The notes under the pieces: generated by a model
What the model was told of the DNA's origin: nothing
The model's database searches: none
The model's input: only the letters and a program-made list of their open reading frames with translations
Shown here: positions 8,948 to 19,486 of the stretch, in pieces
How the letters are laid out: every line of letters begins with the position of its first letter
Numbering within the stretch: the first letter of the stretch is position 1
Position numbers and translations under genes: made by a program
Assembly: GCA_051439605.1 (NCBI GenBank)
Contig: JBFRWN010000012.1
Location: 1 to 43,950 of the forward strand
Length of the DNA: 43,950 nucleotides
Origin: Synechococcus sp.
Lineage (GTDB): Bacteria; Cyanobacteriota; Cyanobacteriia; Thermostichales; PCC-7336
Direction: 5' to 3'

Positions 8948-10408
8948 GTGGCTCTGACAGTTTTTAATTCCTTAACCCGACAAAAAGAGCCGTTTGTTCC
9001 CCTCAGCGAGCTTGAGGGAAGGGGCGATCGCAGCGTTAAAATGTACGTCTGTGGAGTGACGGTTTACGACTACTGCCATCTCGGTCATGCCCGCACCTAC
9101 GTTACCTGGGATATGGTGCGTCGATATCTCAAATGGAAAGGATACGACGTCACCTACGTGCAGAACTTTACGGACGTAGACGACAAAATCTTGAAACGGG
9201 CTCGCGAGCGGGGCTCCAATATGGAGGCCATCTCCGAAGAGTTCATCGAGGCTTACATGGAGGATATGCAGCGGCTGAATGTCATGCCAGCCGATATCTA
9301 TCCTCGGGCAACCCGATCGCTACCAGCCATCTACCAGCTCATTCAAGATTTAGAACTCAAGCAATTTGCCTATCAGGTGCGCGGCCAGGCAGACAGTCAA
9401 GATGTTTACTACGCCGTGCGCAAATTTGACGGTTACGGCAAACTCTCTGGCCGCAAGCTGGATGACATGCAGGCAGGAGCCAGCGGTCGAGTGGACGGGG
9501 AAGGAAGCCTCAAACACGACCCGTTTGATTTTGCATTATGGAAATCGGCGGAGAAAACAGAAGAGGGGTTTGAGTCCCCTTGGGGATGGGGACGCCCCGG
9601 TTGGCATATTGAATGCTCTGCAATGGTCCGGGAAACCCTCGGCGATCGCATTGACATTCATGCTGGTGGGGCAGACCTGAAATTTCCCCACCACGAAAAC
9701 GAAATTGCCCAATCGGAGCCCATAGGGGGAGAACCCTTTGCCAAGTACTGGATGCACAACGGCTTTCTGAACATCGACGGCGAGAAAATGTCTAAATCGT
9801 TGGGCAATTTCAAAACAATTCGGGAAGTTTTGAGTCGTTACGAGCCCATGGCCTTGAGGCTATTTCTATTGCAAACGCAATATCGCAGCCCCATTGACCT
9901 TACCGATGACAGTCTGACTGCGGCTACCAATGCCTGGGGCACCTTGTCAGACGCTTTACGATTCGCTCAAACCCTAGATCTAGACGGAGTCCAAGCAGAC
10001 GCAGACGCGATCGCCATTGCAGAAACAGCCTTGGATGATGACTTTAACTCCCCCGGAGCTTTGGCAGTCGCCTTCGAATTAGCCAAGACCCTCAACAAGG
10101 AGAACAACCAAATTGTGCACACTGGCTCCGGTCGCTTAGACGCTGCGACTTTGGCCGCGAAAGCCCGAGCACTATTCGATATCGCAGACATTTTGGGACT
10201 GGCCGCAACCTCTGTTGCCTCAGTCGATTCGGAAAGCCCTTTAGATGGGCTGACCGAGGAACGCATTCAGGAGTTACTCGATCTGCGCAACGCCGCCCGC
10301 AAAGCCCGCAACTTTGCCGAAGCCGATGACATCCGCGATCACCTCAAAGCAGAAGGAATTACCATCATTGACCAGAAGGACGGTAGCAGTCGCTGGGTGA
10401 GAGGGTAG
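8948..10408 (+). CDS. cysS: Cysteine--tRNA ligase
   Basis: CGVTVYDYCHLGHAR, GRPGWHIECS, FPHHENE and KMSKS motifs. Confidence 0.98.
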   Translation: MALTVFNSLTRQKEPFVPLSELEGRGDRSVKMYVCGVTVYDYCHLGHARTYVTWDMVRRYLKWKGYDVTYVQNFTDVDDKILKRARERGSNMEAISEEFIEAYMEDMQRLNVMPADIYPRATRSLPAIYQLIQDLELKQFAYQVRGQADSQDVYYAVRKFDGYGKLSGRKLDDMQAGASGRVDGEGSLKHDPFDFALWKSAEKTEEGFESPWGWGRPGWHIECSAMVRETLGDRIDIHAGGADLKFPHHENEIAQSEPIGGEPFAKYWMHNGFLNIDGEKMSKSLGNFKTIREVLSRYEPMALRLFLLQTQYRSPIDLTDDSLTAATNAWGTLSDALRFAQTLDLDGVQADADAIAIAETALDDDFNSPGALAVAFELAKTLNKENNQIVHTGSGRLDAATLAAKARALFDIADILGLAATSVASVDSESPLDGLTEERIQELLDLRNAARKARNFAEADDIRDHLKAEGITIIDQKDGSSRWVRG

Positions 10409-10753
10409 ACCCCAATCGACGTACTTCTAAGACACCTCCCCCCCCATGTCCTAGAACCGACCGCAAGTCTTGAAACTCAACGGAGATGTTTCGCGTTCCC
10501 TTCTACACCCGTCGATTTGCGTATTCGCGCAAACTTTTTCTCTTTTTAGATGGTGTCACCCCCAACACAGAAAAATCCTTACTGGCTATAGCGATCGCGG
10601 CAATCGCCTGTACAGACTGGCCTACAACCCTGTTGGAGATCTTCAACAGGAGTAGACTGCTGAACTTTTTCGCATGCGGCACCGAGATTCCCCGCTTGCC
10701 ACGGGAACGTAGATAGGTAAAAGTACTTGTGGTGAGTGTGAGGATGATGTCAG

Positions 10754-12262
10754 GTGAAACTGTGGTTTAGTACCTACCCGGTCTGGGTATTAGCGAGTGC
10801 TTTGATGGGGGGGAGTTTCATCTTTGACCAGTCTGTTGCGATGGGCTCTCATGATGAGTCCTCTGCAGGCTCGATACTGGCAACCGAGATACAGGAAACA
10901 GATCTCGAGGCGTCAGCATTTGCCGAACACCAGGTAGACGCTCCGCAACGCCTTCAAGACCGCAATTGGGTCGTCAGCGAACTCCAGACTGAGGCATCCC
11001 CTCTGCAACCGCTCGTAGATTTAGATCTGGCGGAGTCTGTGAATGAAACCGATGCCGAACGTCTTTTACCCGATACCTCCTTCGTATTGCATCTGGATGA
11101 GCCTTTAGCGGGGGATCGCGACAGAGATGAAGACGCAGAGATTGTAGACACCGAAAGGGTAGACATAGAGATTGCAAAGACCGATCTCTCAGACACAGCA
11201 TTCGAACGCGACCTTGTAAATACTGAGGATCGAGAGTTAAACCCTGTTGTTCAGAACCTGCTGAGGGAAATGCAGGGGAAAGAACTTGAGGACGTCGGCA
11301 CTTCTGCTCCCCTCGCTGAGGAACAGCAGGAAGATGGGGACAGCACAGCAAGCGATTTAGACACTATGGAAGCGGATGCTGAAATAGCTGAAGAACAGGG
11401 AGATATTGAGTCTGAAAGCAACGATATCTCCATAGAGGTCGCGACTGAAACCGATGATGCGGAGCCGTTAGAAGCGCCACAAATCGAGCCATTGGATTTG
11501 CCCCCAGGAGGGCAGGACGAGATTGGTCTCAGCTCCGGTGAAACGGCCAAATTAGATCTGAGCCCAGAGGAGTTAGACCCTTCAAATTCATCCTCTACGC
11601 CCTCCCGTACCCTCCTCTACGTGCTGCCAGAAGACGAGTCACTAGAGGAACTGGCAGAGCGATTCAATATTTCACCGCGATCGATTGAGGCGATCAACGA
11701 CCCCGATGACTTGATCGCGATGGAGGCTGGGGACGAGATTAACCTGCCTTGGAATCCCATAGTCCTCAATCACGAAGAATTCTCGACGTCAAACCTCTCG
11801 AACTTGAAGCTGGCCCGTTTGGGTGGCACTCTCGACAACCCCCTATCGGCAACTGGCATGATTTGGCCTGTGGGGGGGGTGTTGACCTCTGGATATGGGT
11901 GGAGAAGAGGCCGAATGCACGCTGGTATCGATATCATTGGGCCCACGGGGACACCGATTGTGGCTGCAATGGATGGTACCGTCATCTACTCTGACTGGTA
12001 CTACGGCTATGGATACATGATTGATATCCAGCATGAGAATGGGATGATGACTCGCTACGCCCATGCCAGCCAGCTCTATGTTTCTCGCGGACAACAGGTA
12101 AAGCAGGGGCAAGTGATTATGGCCATGGGCAGCACTGGGCGCTCAACTGCCCCCCATTTGCACTTTGAGGTGCGGGTTCCAGGCGGTCATGCTACCAATC
12201 CTATTGCCCACTTGAATGGCACCACGCCCCCCCGCAATGTAGCTTTCAACTCAAAACCTTAG
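10754..12262 (+). CDS. LysM + M23 peptidase (NlpD-like) with long acidic N-terminal region
   Basis: DESLEELAERFNISPRSIEAIN (LysM-like); HAGID, TRYAH and APHLHFEV (M23 Zn motifs intact); N-terminal hydrophobic segment. Confidence 0.9.
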   Translation: MKLWFSTYPVWVLASALMGGSFIFDQSVAMGSHDESSAGSILATEIQETDLEASAFAEHQVDAPQRLQDRNWVVSELQTEASPLQPLVDLDLAESVNETDAERLLPDTSFVLHLDEPLAGDRDRDEDAEIVDTERVDIEIAKTDLSDTAFERDLVNTEDRELNPVVQNLLREMQGKELEDVGTSAPLAEEQQEDGDSTASDLDTMEADAEIAEEQGDIESESNDISIEVATETDDAEPLEAPQIEPLDLPPGGQDEIGLSSGETAKLDLSPEELDPSNSSSTPSRTLLYVLPEDESLEELAERFNISPRSIEAINDPDDLIAMEAGDEINLPWNPIVLNHEEFSTSNLSNLKLARLGGTLDNPLSATGMIWPVGGVLTSGYGWRRGRMHAGIDIIGPTGTPIVAAMDGTVIYSDWYYGYGYMIDIQHENGMMTRYAHASQLYVSRGQQVKQGQVIMAMGSTGRSTAPHLHFEVRVPGGHATNPIAHLNGTTPPRNVAFNSKP

Positions 12263-12320
12263 AGACCTCTCTATTCCATAGCTCGACCTTGCTACCCCGC
12301 CGCTATACAACGCGTTCTCT

Positions 12321-12920
12321 TCAGTCGTTCCGAGGTGCATTAGGATCGGTCGCTCGCAATGGATGTCCCTGGCAACCAAAAATATCCGATTCACGATCGC
12401 CCTGCCGGTCCATATCGCTCACGTAACCGCAGTAGGCTTCGGGAAAGGCATCGCAATAGGCCACATAGGGCTTGATATCCAGAATGGGGGTGCGATCGAG
12501 CAAGTCAATCCCTTCAACGTGCAGCGTGTCGCCTTCCACCTTGAGGAGGCGGAGGGCGCTTAATCCAATGGGGTTAGGTCTGTGGGGAGCGCGGGTGGCT
12601 AAGGTTCCGCGTCGCACTTTTGGCCCCCTGGGGGGAATAACGGTGGGGTTCCAATGCTTGTTCAGATGCAGCCAAGAAATGGCCCAGATGCGATCGAATC
12701 CTTCTAGATCTTTGAGGGCAATCGCCGGAACGACATCTTCAAATAATTTGATAGTGGCGATCGCGGGTTGATAGTTATGCGGCTGGCTTCGAAGCTGGGA
12801 TTGGCGGGGGGTGCCGTGGCGTTCGGTGTAGGGGGATCGCACGATGCCAATAGGGGTGAGGCTGACTTGGGAGGGGAAGTCAACAACATTGCTGTAGTCT
12901 TTGGGGGGAAGCTTGGGCAT
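12321..12920 (-). CDS. trmO: tRNA (t6A37) N6-methyltransferase TrmO/TsaA family
   Basis: PIGIVRSPY, LEGFDRIW..WLH, ATRAPHRPNPIGLS and GIDLLDRTPILDIKPY. Confidence 0.9.
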   Translation of the reverse strand: MPKLPPKDYSNVVDFPSQVSLTPIGIVRSPYTERHGTPRQSQLRSQPHNYQPAIATIKLFEDVVPAIALKDLEGFDRIWAISWLHLNKHWNPTVIPPRGPKVRRGTLATRAPHRPNPIGLSALRLLKVEGDTLHVEGIDLLDRTPILDIKPYVAYCDAFPEAYCGYVSDMDRQGDRESDIFGCQGHPLRATDPNAPRND

Positions 12921-13478
12921 GGTGACGGTTCGAACGAGATAGTGACATTATTGAGGCAGAAAGAACCAGCCAGAAGGACATCAATAGAATTAGCGTGTAA
13001 TCGCCTGATGATAAAGACCTAGAGTCATCAAACTGTACGGACATCCACTACCAGTCGGTTTCCGCAACTGTCAAGCTGCCTAGAAAAATGCTGTTCCCTC
13101 AGTAGGACCTGCTACCTAAATAAATTATCTATCGCTATAAAGTCTTCCAGAACACTTGGGTCTACTTCCATTCATCTTAAAATCTCAAACAGTCGTTCAT
13201 GTTCTTTGTCTGGAAAACTCCGCAAGTAGATGTCAGTTCGATTGGCTTCATTTCAGGTATTTCTGAAGCTACACCATTTTGAGAAATGTGATTTTTCGCA
13301 ACTTATCCTTCCTTTGCCTTGACTGATTGCGTAAGGATGACTGCGAGTGAAAATTTGGCTTCATCAACATTTCGCGGCACCAGCAGATCGGTCTAAGCCA
13401 AAGAGTGCTGTCCGTTCGCAGGTGAATCTATGCCCGGATCCGACATCGCTCAATCCCCTTCAGCAACAACATATTCCC

Positions 13479-16400
13479 ATGGATAAGCATATGAAACCAA
13501 AACTACTAAACAGGTTGAGCCTAAAAAGGGATTATTGGTTGATTTGGGCACTACAAGTTGTTTGGTTTTCTAGTTTTTCAGGATTCATTGTTGACGCCTT
13601 AGGAGGCAACATTTATTTAGCTTGTGCCACAGGAATCAGCACCGGCTTCATTTTGCTCAACCTGAAGTGGTCGAAACCTTTTCGAAAATGGTCGATTGTC
13701 ATTTTCTCGTTGATGCTGGGGGCTTCGTTTGCGATTGCCCTGAGTGGATTAATTTCGGGAGTGCAGTATCAACAAGGTGAGGGCCTAGGTTTTGTATGGT
13801 CGATCGATCGCCGCTTGCTTGTATTGGCTGTGTTTGGTTGGTTTGGTGGGGTGATTCACTCTATGGCAGATGGGAGCGTTGATTTACCCACCGCCCGCGT
13901 CGAAGGAGCAGAAGTTCGTCCAGGGATTATTGGGGATGTTTTAGTTGGGGTGTCAGGGGCATTCATTGCCTATGCCTTCATGCCCATGGAATGGAAAGGG
14001 ACCATCTCTAACAGTTTGACTACCTCGGAGCTGCAGCTGCTGGCGCAGCAAATTAGTGCGATTAGTCCTCTATCTTTTTCCGATGTACAAAATGCGCTGG
14101 TGGGATTTCGAATCTCGGATCTGGATGTGCAATCGGTACGAACAGCCCTCACAAGTTTGGCGGCCTCAACTAATGTTCCTGCTGAAGCGATTTCCAACCT
14201 CAACCTAGAACCCATTTTGACGGCGTTTACAGGGGTTCTATCCCCCAACCGCGAGGGGGCCTATCTCAATGCAGCGGTGATCGGCCTGGTAGGGGGATAT
14301 GGCGGCAAGGTCATTATTAAGGAAGCCTTGGGACAGCTACTCAAAAAAGTCCAACAAGGGGAGCTGGAAAACCTCACCGCCGAAAACCAACAGCTGAAGC
14401 AGCAAACCTCTGTCATGCAGGCGGTCAATTCTCAATTGGAGAATGGGTTGACAAGTGAAAAACTCGATCATTTGCGGACAGAGATTTTGGCAGCTTCTAG
14501 AGAGGTGCGAGGACAGATCCTTGGAGCGCTGCCTGCGATCGGAGGGCTGTCGGTCCGGGGCCGTATCGTTCGCGGACGACTCAGCCGATCGATTCCAATT
14601 TTGCAGGCATTGGTGGCGGCAGAGCCGAAAAACGATCGCTATTTAGGGCAATTGGGTTTTGCCTATTTAGAAGCCTCTTCTCCCAATTTGAGTCAAGCGA
14701 TTGTCACCCTTACCAATGCCATTGCTGCGAGGGGAGAGTCCATTGAGGGGAGTCGATGGAAGTACGAGCTGTTCCGCGCGATCGCTCGGATTCAACTCGG
14801 TAGCTCCGACAGCAGATCCCTCAGCGACGAGCAAAATCGACAGGCCATTTATGAAGATCTCATGGTCGTAGAACGTCAATATGGTCTCTCCCGCCTGTTT
14901 GACGATGCGGCAGATGAAGAAGTCGATATGCCTTTGACCGCCTGGTTGCAGATGGAAAAACCCTGGCTGCAAACGCAACCGGACGGCAAGCTGTTGCTGG
15001 CTGTATTAGATAGAACAGCAGCTACTCCATCCCCAGACTCTTCAGCCATAGGTTCTACTCCGCAAGAAACTGCCCCGCAAGCAATCGCCACTGCAAAGCC
15101 ACAATCCGCATCTACTCCATTCCCTTCAACCGCAGCTCCTGCCACACCTGCCCCCTCTGACAAGTTAACGTCGAACCCTTGGGATGAAGCCCTGAAGGAG
15201 GCCCCCACCACTGGAGCCTCTGCACTTACTGCTCGTCAGGATGGACTACAGGGAGGGCTGGAAGCCTCTCGGCAGATGGCCAAAACGGACTTGCCTGCAG
15301 TCTTGCAATATAAAGACCAGTTCGAGCGGACAGGTGCCAAATTCGACATTCCTCCAGCGCTATTGGCAGCGATCGCCAGTCGCGAATCCCGGGGGGGCAA
15401 GGCCCTACGGCAGGGGTTTGGAGATGGGGGGAACGCCTTTGGAATTATGCAGGTGGACAAGCGGTTCCATAAATTGGCGGGTGTCAGCGAGGGGCCTGGG
15501 AGCTTAGCCCACATCGACCAAGCCACCGGCATTTTGAAAGATTACCTCAATCAAGTGATTACAAAATTCTCCCATTGGGAGAAGAAATTCCAGTTAGAGG
15601 GGGCGGTAGTCGCCTACAACTCTGGGGTGAGAAACGTGCAAAGCCAATCGAGGCTGAATATCGGCACCACTGGCGGCGACTATGGGTCCGATGTGATTGC
15701 GAGAGCATGGTTCTATACCAATTCGTTTAAGAGCTTGGCGGAATGTAGGGCAGGAACTATCCATCAACAGGCAAAGGCTGCCCCCGCCGATCTCGATACG
15801 ATCGCCACAGCCTTGCAAGAGGTCGATGATACCGTTTCGGTGGATGACTTGACCGAAGCAATGGTAAAAGCCTTAGAAAATGCTTTGACGGCATTGGGAT
15901 TTATGCAGCCAGGGGGCGATCGTTCTCAACTTCCATCAGCTTGGGGGGCGTTTAAACAAAGCGTTAATCAGGGGTCTCCGGAATTGCTTGGCCCCGGCAG
16001 TATCCGACTGTTGCTGGATGCGTTGGGATTGCCCCATCCGGTGGCAGACGAGCAGCAGGGGGACGCTTCCGCCACAGTGAATCAAAGGGCGGGTTTGCGA
16101 ACTGGGAAATCGAAGCAGCTGCCGGGAGGCCAGCTGGTGTTCGAGAACGAAAACATCGTGCCGGGGATTCAGCTTACATGGGGTGAATGCACGAAGGGAA
16201 TGGCAGACGAGCGCTGGCCTACCAAGGTAGAGGAGGTGGTCAATGCTAAGCGATTGGCGAAAGCCTTTGGTGAAGTGCGCACCCGCTACGGCAAACCACT
16301 ACGGATTAATTCTGGGTTTAGACCCCCGGCGGTCAATGCCCGAGTAGGGGGAGCCAGCCGCAGTCAGCATTTGTATTTCAAGGCGTTAGATATTGCGCCA

Positions 16401-16547
16401 GTGGGGGCAAATTTCCCGGGGGACTTGTTACTGGTGTTGGATGCGGTGCGGCGATCTCCCAGTGTGACGGGGATTGGCTTGGGGCAAAAGCGTGGGTTTA
16501 TTCATATGGATATTCGTGATGGGGGGCGGATTGAGTTTCCTTATTAG
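13479..16547 (+). CDS. Multidomain membrane protein: multi-TM region + coiled coil/TPR-like + goose-type (GH23) lysozyme + PG-binding-like + peptidase M15A
   Basis: TTGAS…AAIASRES…GD…FGIMQVDKR…AYNSG…GTTGGDYGSDVIARA (g-type lysozyme, ~15200-15720). INSGFRPPAVNARVGGASRSQH…ALDI…FIHMD (M15_3, ~16140-16547). The ORF is open from 13347; ATG 13479 or 13491 is more likely. Confidence 0.88.
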   Translation: MDKHMKPKLLNRLSLKRDYWLIWALQVVWFSSFSGFIVDALGGNIYLACATGISTGFILLNLKWSKPFRKWSIVIFSLMLGASFAIALSGLISGVQYQQGEGLGFVWSIDRRLLVLAVFGWFGGVIHSMADGSVDLPTARVEGAEVRPGIIGDVLVGVSGAFIAYAFMPMEWKGTISNSLTTSELQLLAQQISAISPLSFSDVQNALVGFRISDLDVQSVRTALTSLAASTNVPAEAISNLNLEPILTAFTGVLSPNREGAYLNAAVIGLVGGYGGKVIIKEALGQLLKKVQQGELENLTAENQQLKQQTSVMQAVNSQLENGLTSEKLDHLRTEILAASREVRGQILGALPAIGGLSVRGRIVRGRLSRSIPILQALVAAEPKNDRYLGQLGFAYLEASSPNLSQAIVTLTNAIAARGESIEGSRWKYELFRAIARIQLGSSDSRSLSDEQNRQAIYEDLMVVERQYGLSRLFDDAADEEVDMPLTAWLQMEKPWLQTQPDGKLLLAVLDRTAATPSPDSSAIGSTPQETAPQAIATAKPQSASTPFPSTAAPATPAPSDKLTSNPWDEALKEAPTTGASALTARQDGLQGGLEASRQMAKTDLPAVLQYKDQFERTGAKFDIPPALLAAIASRESRGGKALRQGFGDGGNAFGIMQVDKRFHKLAGVSEGPGSLAHIDQATGILKDYLNQVITKFSHWEKKFQLEGAVVAYNSGVRNVQSQSRLNIGTTGGDYGSDVIARAWFYTNSFKSLAECRAGTIHQQAKAAPADLDTIATALQEVDDTVSVDDLTEAMVKALENALTALGFMQPGGDRSQLPSAWGAFKQSVNQGSPELLGPGSIRLLLDALGLPHPVADEQQGDASATVNQRAGLRTGKSKQLPGGQLVFENENIVPGIQLTWGECTKGMADERWPTKVEEVVNAKRLAKAFGEVRTRYGKPLRINSGFRPPAVNARVGGASRSQHLYFKALDIAPVGANFPGDLLLVLDAVRRSPSVTGIGLGQKRGFIHMDIRDGGRIEFPY

Positions 16548-16737
16548 CTGTGCTGAAAGTTGTTGAGTGTTTGCGAGGGGACGGAGGGTTGAGGCTAGTG
16601 CTTGGGAGACTCTGCGGAGGGGGCTGATATGCTGCGTAAGATTTCGATTTCCTTAGAGAGTTGACGTAAGTGTGAAGGGGGCCGCTAGTATCTCGGGTAG
16701 TCTTACTCACATTCCTGTTGGTCAACGAGTCTGTTGC

Positions 16738-18057
16738 ATGAAAAAAGCCTACGTTCTTGATACCAACGTGCTGCTGCACGATCCTCTCTCCCTGCATCAA
16801 TTTCAAGAGAACGATATTGTTTTGCCCATCACGATTGTTGAGGAGCTGGATCGGTTCAAGAAACAGGCGTCAAATATTGGCCGCAATGCCCGACTGGTTT
16901 CGCGGATTTTGGATGAGATGCGGGCTAAGGGGCATCTGATTGAAGGGATCGATCTAGGGCGGGGGGGGCAGCTGCGGGTGGCGCTGTCGAATCCCGACAT
17001 TCTGAAATCGCTGCCGCCGGAGCTGGAGGGAGATAAGGACGATAATGCGATTTTGGCAGTTGCCCTCGATTTGAAGGCGGCCTGTCAATGTCCGGTGGTG
17101 TTAGTCAGTAAAGACACCAACCTGCGCATTAAGGCGGATGCGCTGGGGTTGGATGCAGAGGATTACGAGACCGACAAGGTCGATGTGGACGAGCTGTATG
17201 CCGGCACCAACGAGATCTCTGTCGATGCCAACGTTATCAATGCGTTGTATTTGGAAGGGAAAACAACGTTACCCAACCACTATCCCGCAAACCAAGCGTT
17301 GACGCTGGTAGATAGCAGCAATCCCTCCCACACGGCGTTGGCGATCGCCACAGGCAACGGTTGCGCGACACGACTGGATGCAATGGGAACTTCGGTGTCG
17401 CGGATTCGGCCTCGCAATCGGGAGCAGAAGCTAGCCTTTGAATTATTGCTGCGTCCGGCCATCCAGCTAGTAACCCTAGTCGGTAAAGCAGGGACGGGGA
17501 AGACGTTGTTGGCGATCGCGGCAGGATTGCATCAGGTGGCGGACAACAAGGAATACACTCGCTTGCTGATTGCGCGGCCGGTGGTGCCGATGGGGAGTGA
17601 CATTGGGTATTTGCCAGGGGACATAACGGAGAAATTAGCCCCCTGGATGCAGCCGCTATACGACAATTTTGATTTGATCTTTGGCACTCAAGATAGCGTT
17701 GACAAGCCAGGGCATTGGAAGCACGGCCACGAAGAGTTGACGGAGCGAGGACTCTTGCAGATCGAGCCCCTGACGTATATTCGCGGGCGCACGATCCCGA
17801 AGCAGTATTTGATTGTGGATGAAGCGCAGAATTTGACGCCGCACGAGGTGAAGACGATTTTGACGCGGGCAGGGGAGGGCACCAAGATCGTGCTGACGGG
17901 GGACCTAGAGCAGATTGACAACCCCTATGTGGATGCAGCCAGTAACGGTCTGACCTACGTGATTGAGAAGTTTCGCGAGGAGCCGCTGGCGGGCCACATT
18001 TTGCTGAAGAAAGGAGAGCGATCCGAGTTGGCAGAGCGGGCAGCGGTGTTGTTGTGA
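16738..18057 (+). CDS. PIN-PhoH (PhoH2-type) protein
   Basis: N-terminal PIN (YVLDTNVLL, DNAIL, LVSKDTNLRIKA); Walker A GKAGTGKT, IRGRT and DEAQN. Confidence 0.93.
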   Translation: MKKAYVLDTNVLLHDPLSLHQFQENDIVLPITIVEELDRFKKQASNIGRNARLVSRILDEMRAKGHLIEGIDLGRGGQLRVALSNPDILKSLPPELEGDKDDNAILAVALDLKAACQCPVVLVSKDTNLRIKADALGLDAEDYETDKVDVDELYAGTNEISVDANVINALYLEGKTTLPNHYPANQALTLVDSSNPSHTALAIATGNGCATRLDAMGTSVSRIRPRNREQKLAFELLLRPAIQLVTLVGKAGTGKTLLAIAAGLHQVADNKEYTRLLIARPVVPMGSDIGYLPGDITEKLAPWMQPLYDNFDLIFGTQDSVDKPGHWKHGHEELTERGLLQIEPLTYIRGRTIPKQYLIVDEAQNLTPHEVKTILTRAGEGTKIVLTGDLEQIDNPYVDAASNGLTYVIEKFREEPLAGHILLKKGERSELAERAAVLL

Positions 18058-18212
18058 TTCTGAACTGCAATCAGGAAAAAAGACTCGTCCAATTTGAAAC
18101 CAGAGTTCAAGCAACGAACTCATCGTTTCTGGGCAGCACAAAGTTGACCTCAAATGTTGCCAATTTCAAAACCCAATAGAAGTACTGGGTCGGCAAAACC
18201 TCAGTTTGACGC

Positions 18213-19403
18213 TCATTGACGCTCACCTATTTCCGCCAGGCGATAGGCTGCTCCTAAACCAGCAGCAATTTCCTCCGCTGAAATCTTGCCATCGCTGTTA
18301 ACGTCTAAGGCGTCAAACACTGCATCGGTCCCCGCCCACTCTTCGCGGGTGACGAATCCATCCCCGTCTAGGTCGTAAACCTGGAAAACCTCCTGCGCTG
18401 CACCGCTGACTGCCTCTTCGCCGTTAAGGAGGCCTAACCGTTCGGTCAGCAAATTTTCCAGGGCTTCTAGGGCTTTGGAAAAGCCTTTAATCCCCTCAGC
18501 CAATTTCTCAGAGGCCATCCGATTGCTCGCATGCATTTTCTCGAAGGTGAATTTGTCCACTGATATCTGTTCGATATCTAACTGTTGGGCGATCGCAGGA
18601 TCAAGCTTTCTGGGTAATTCAGCCGTCGTCGAACGTAATTCATCCAGTAGCTTGGGGGAAATGGTCAGCAGGTCGCACCCTGCCAACTCGCAAATCTCGC
18701 CAATGTTCCTGAAACTGGCCCCCATAACCTCAGTTTGGTAGCCGAACTTCTTGTAATAGTTATAGATTTTGGTGACGGACAGCACGCCGGGGTCTTCCGC
18801 GGGCGGATAGCTATCTCGTCCGGTGTCTTTCTTGTACCAGTCGAGAATTCGACCCACAAAAGGAGAGATCAGCGTGACACCAGCTTCAGCACAGGCCACT
18901 GCTTGGTGGAAGCCGAATAATAGAGTCAAGTTGCAGTGAATGCCTTCTTTCTCTAAGACTTTAGCAGCGCAAATCCCCTCCCATGTGGAGGCAATTTTAA
19001 TCAAAATGCGATCGCGAGAAATCCCGGCTCTTTCGTATTCTGAAATCAGATAGCGAGCTTTGGCAATGGTGGCGTCGGTGTCGTAGGATAGCCGCGCATC
19101 CACCTCAGTGGACACTCGTCCCGGTACGATTTCTAGAATTTTTTTGCCAAAGGAAATCGCCAGGCGATCGAAGGCCAGGGAGACGATATCGGCTTCGCTT
19201 GCTCCCGCTCCGGCATCGTTCTTGGCCTGCCGCAGCGTATCGGCCACAATTTCTCGATACTCCGGCATTTGTGCCGCTGCCGTAATCAGAGAGGGATTCG
19301 TGGTGGCGTCGCGAGGGGTAAATTGCTCGATCGCTTGAATGTCACCTGTATCGGCAACAACGACGGTTACATCTTTTAGATAATCTAGTAAGCTTTTCGA
19401 CAT
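18213..19403 (-). CDS. tal: Transaldolase with C-terminal EF-hand pair
   Basis: [34 protein letters not shown] hands [12 protein letters not shown] and [18 protein letters not shown] before ATG 19403. Confidence 0.96.
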   Translation of the reverse strand: MSKSLLDYLKDVTVVVADTGDIQAIEQFTPRDATTNPSLITAAAQMPEYREIVADTLRQAKNDAGAGASEADIVSLAFDRLAISFGKKILEIVPGRVSTEVDARLSYDTDATIAKARYLISEYERAGISRDRILIKIASTWEGICAAKVLEKEGIHCNLTLLFGFHQAVACAEAGVTLISPFVGRILDWYKKDTGRDSYPPAEDPGVLSVTKIYNYYKKFGYQTEVMGASFRNIGEICELAGCDLLTISPKLLDELRSTTAELPRKLDPAIAQQLDIEQISVDKFTFEKMHASNRMASEKLAEGIKGFSKALEALENLLTERLGLLNGEEAVSGAAQEVFQVYDLDGDGFVTREEWAGTDAVFDALDVNSDGKISAEEIAAGLGAAYRLAEIGERQ

Positions 19404-19486
19404 GGTTGACTCCAAATTGATAGATTCAGTGGCTTAAAGTCAGCTTTGTTTTGATTGCGATTACCTAACCCCAGAGCAAAGTTCCT

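Noticed and set aside
10458..10484. CGACCGCAAGTCTTGAAACTCAACGGA, similar to a conserved 16S rRNA segment
   Set aside because: Only ~27 nt and the flanks do not continue the match; not an rRNA gene.
13479..16547. Prophage lysis cassette interpretation
   Set aside because: No integrase, structural, terminase or other phage genes occur in the window.
17237..18070. 277-aa antisense ORF, and similar shadows at 21577-22221, 23720-24406, 30220-30744 and 34976-35566
   Set aside because: They lie opposite well-supported genes and have no recognisable motifs; typical shadow ORFs.
18213..18420. EF-hand pair on transaldolase as a novelty
   Set aside because: This is an already known architecture of cyanobacterial transaldolases.
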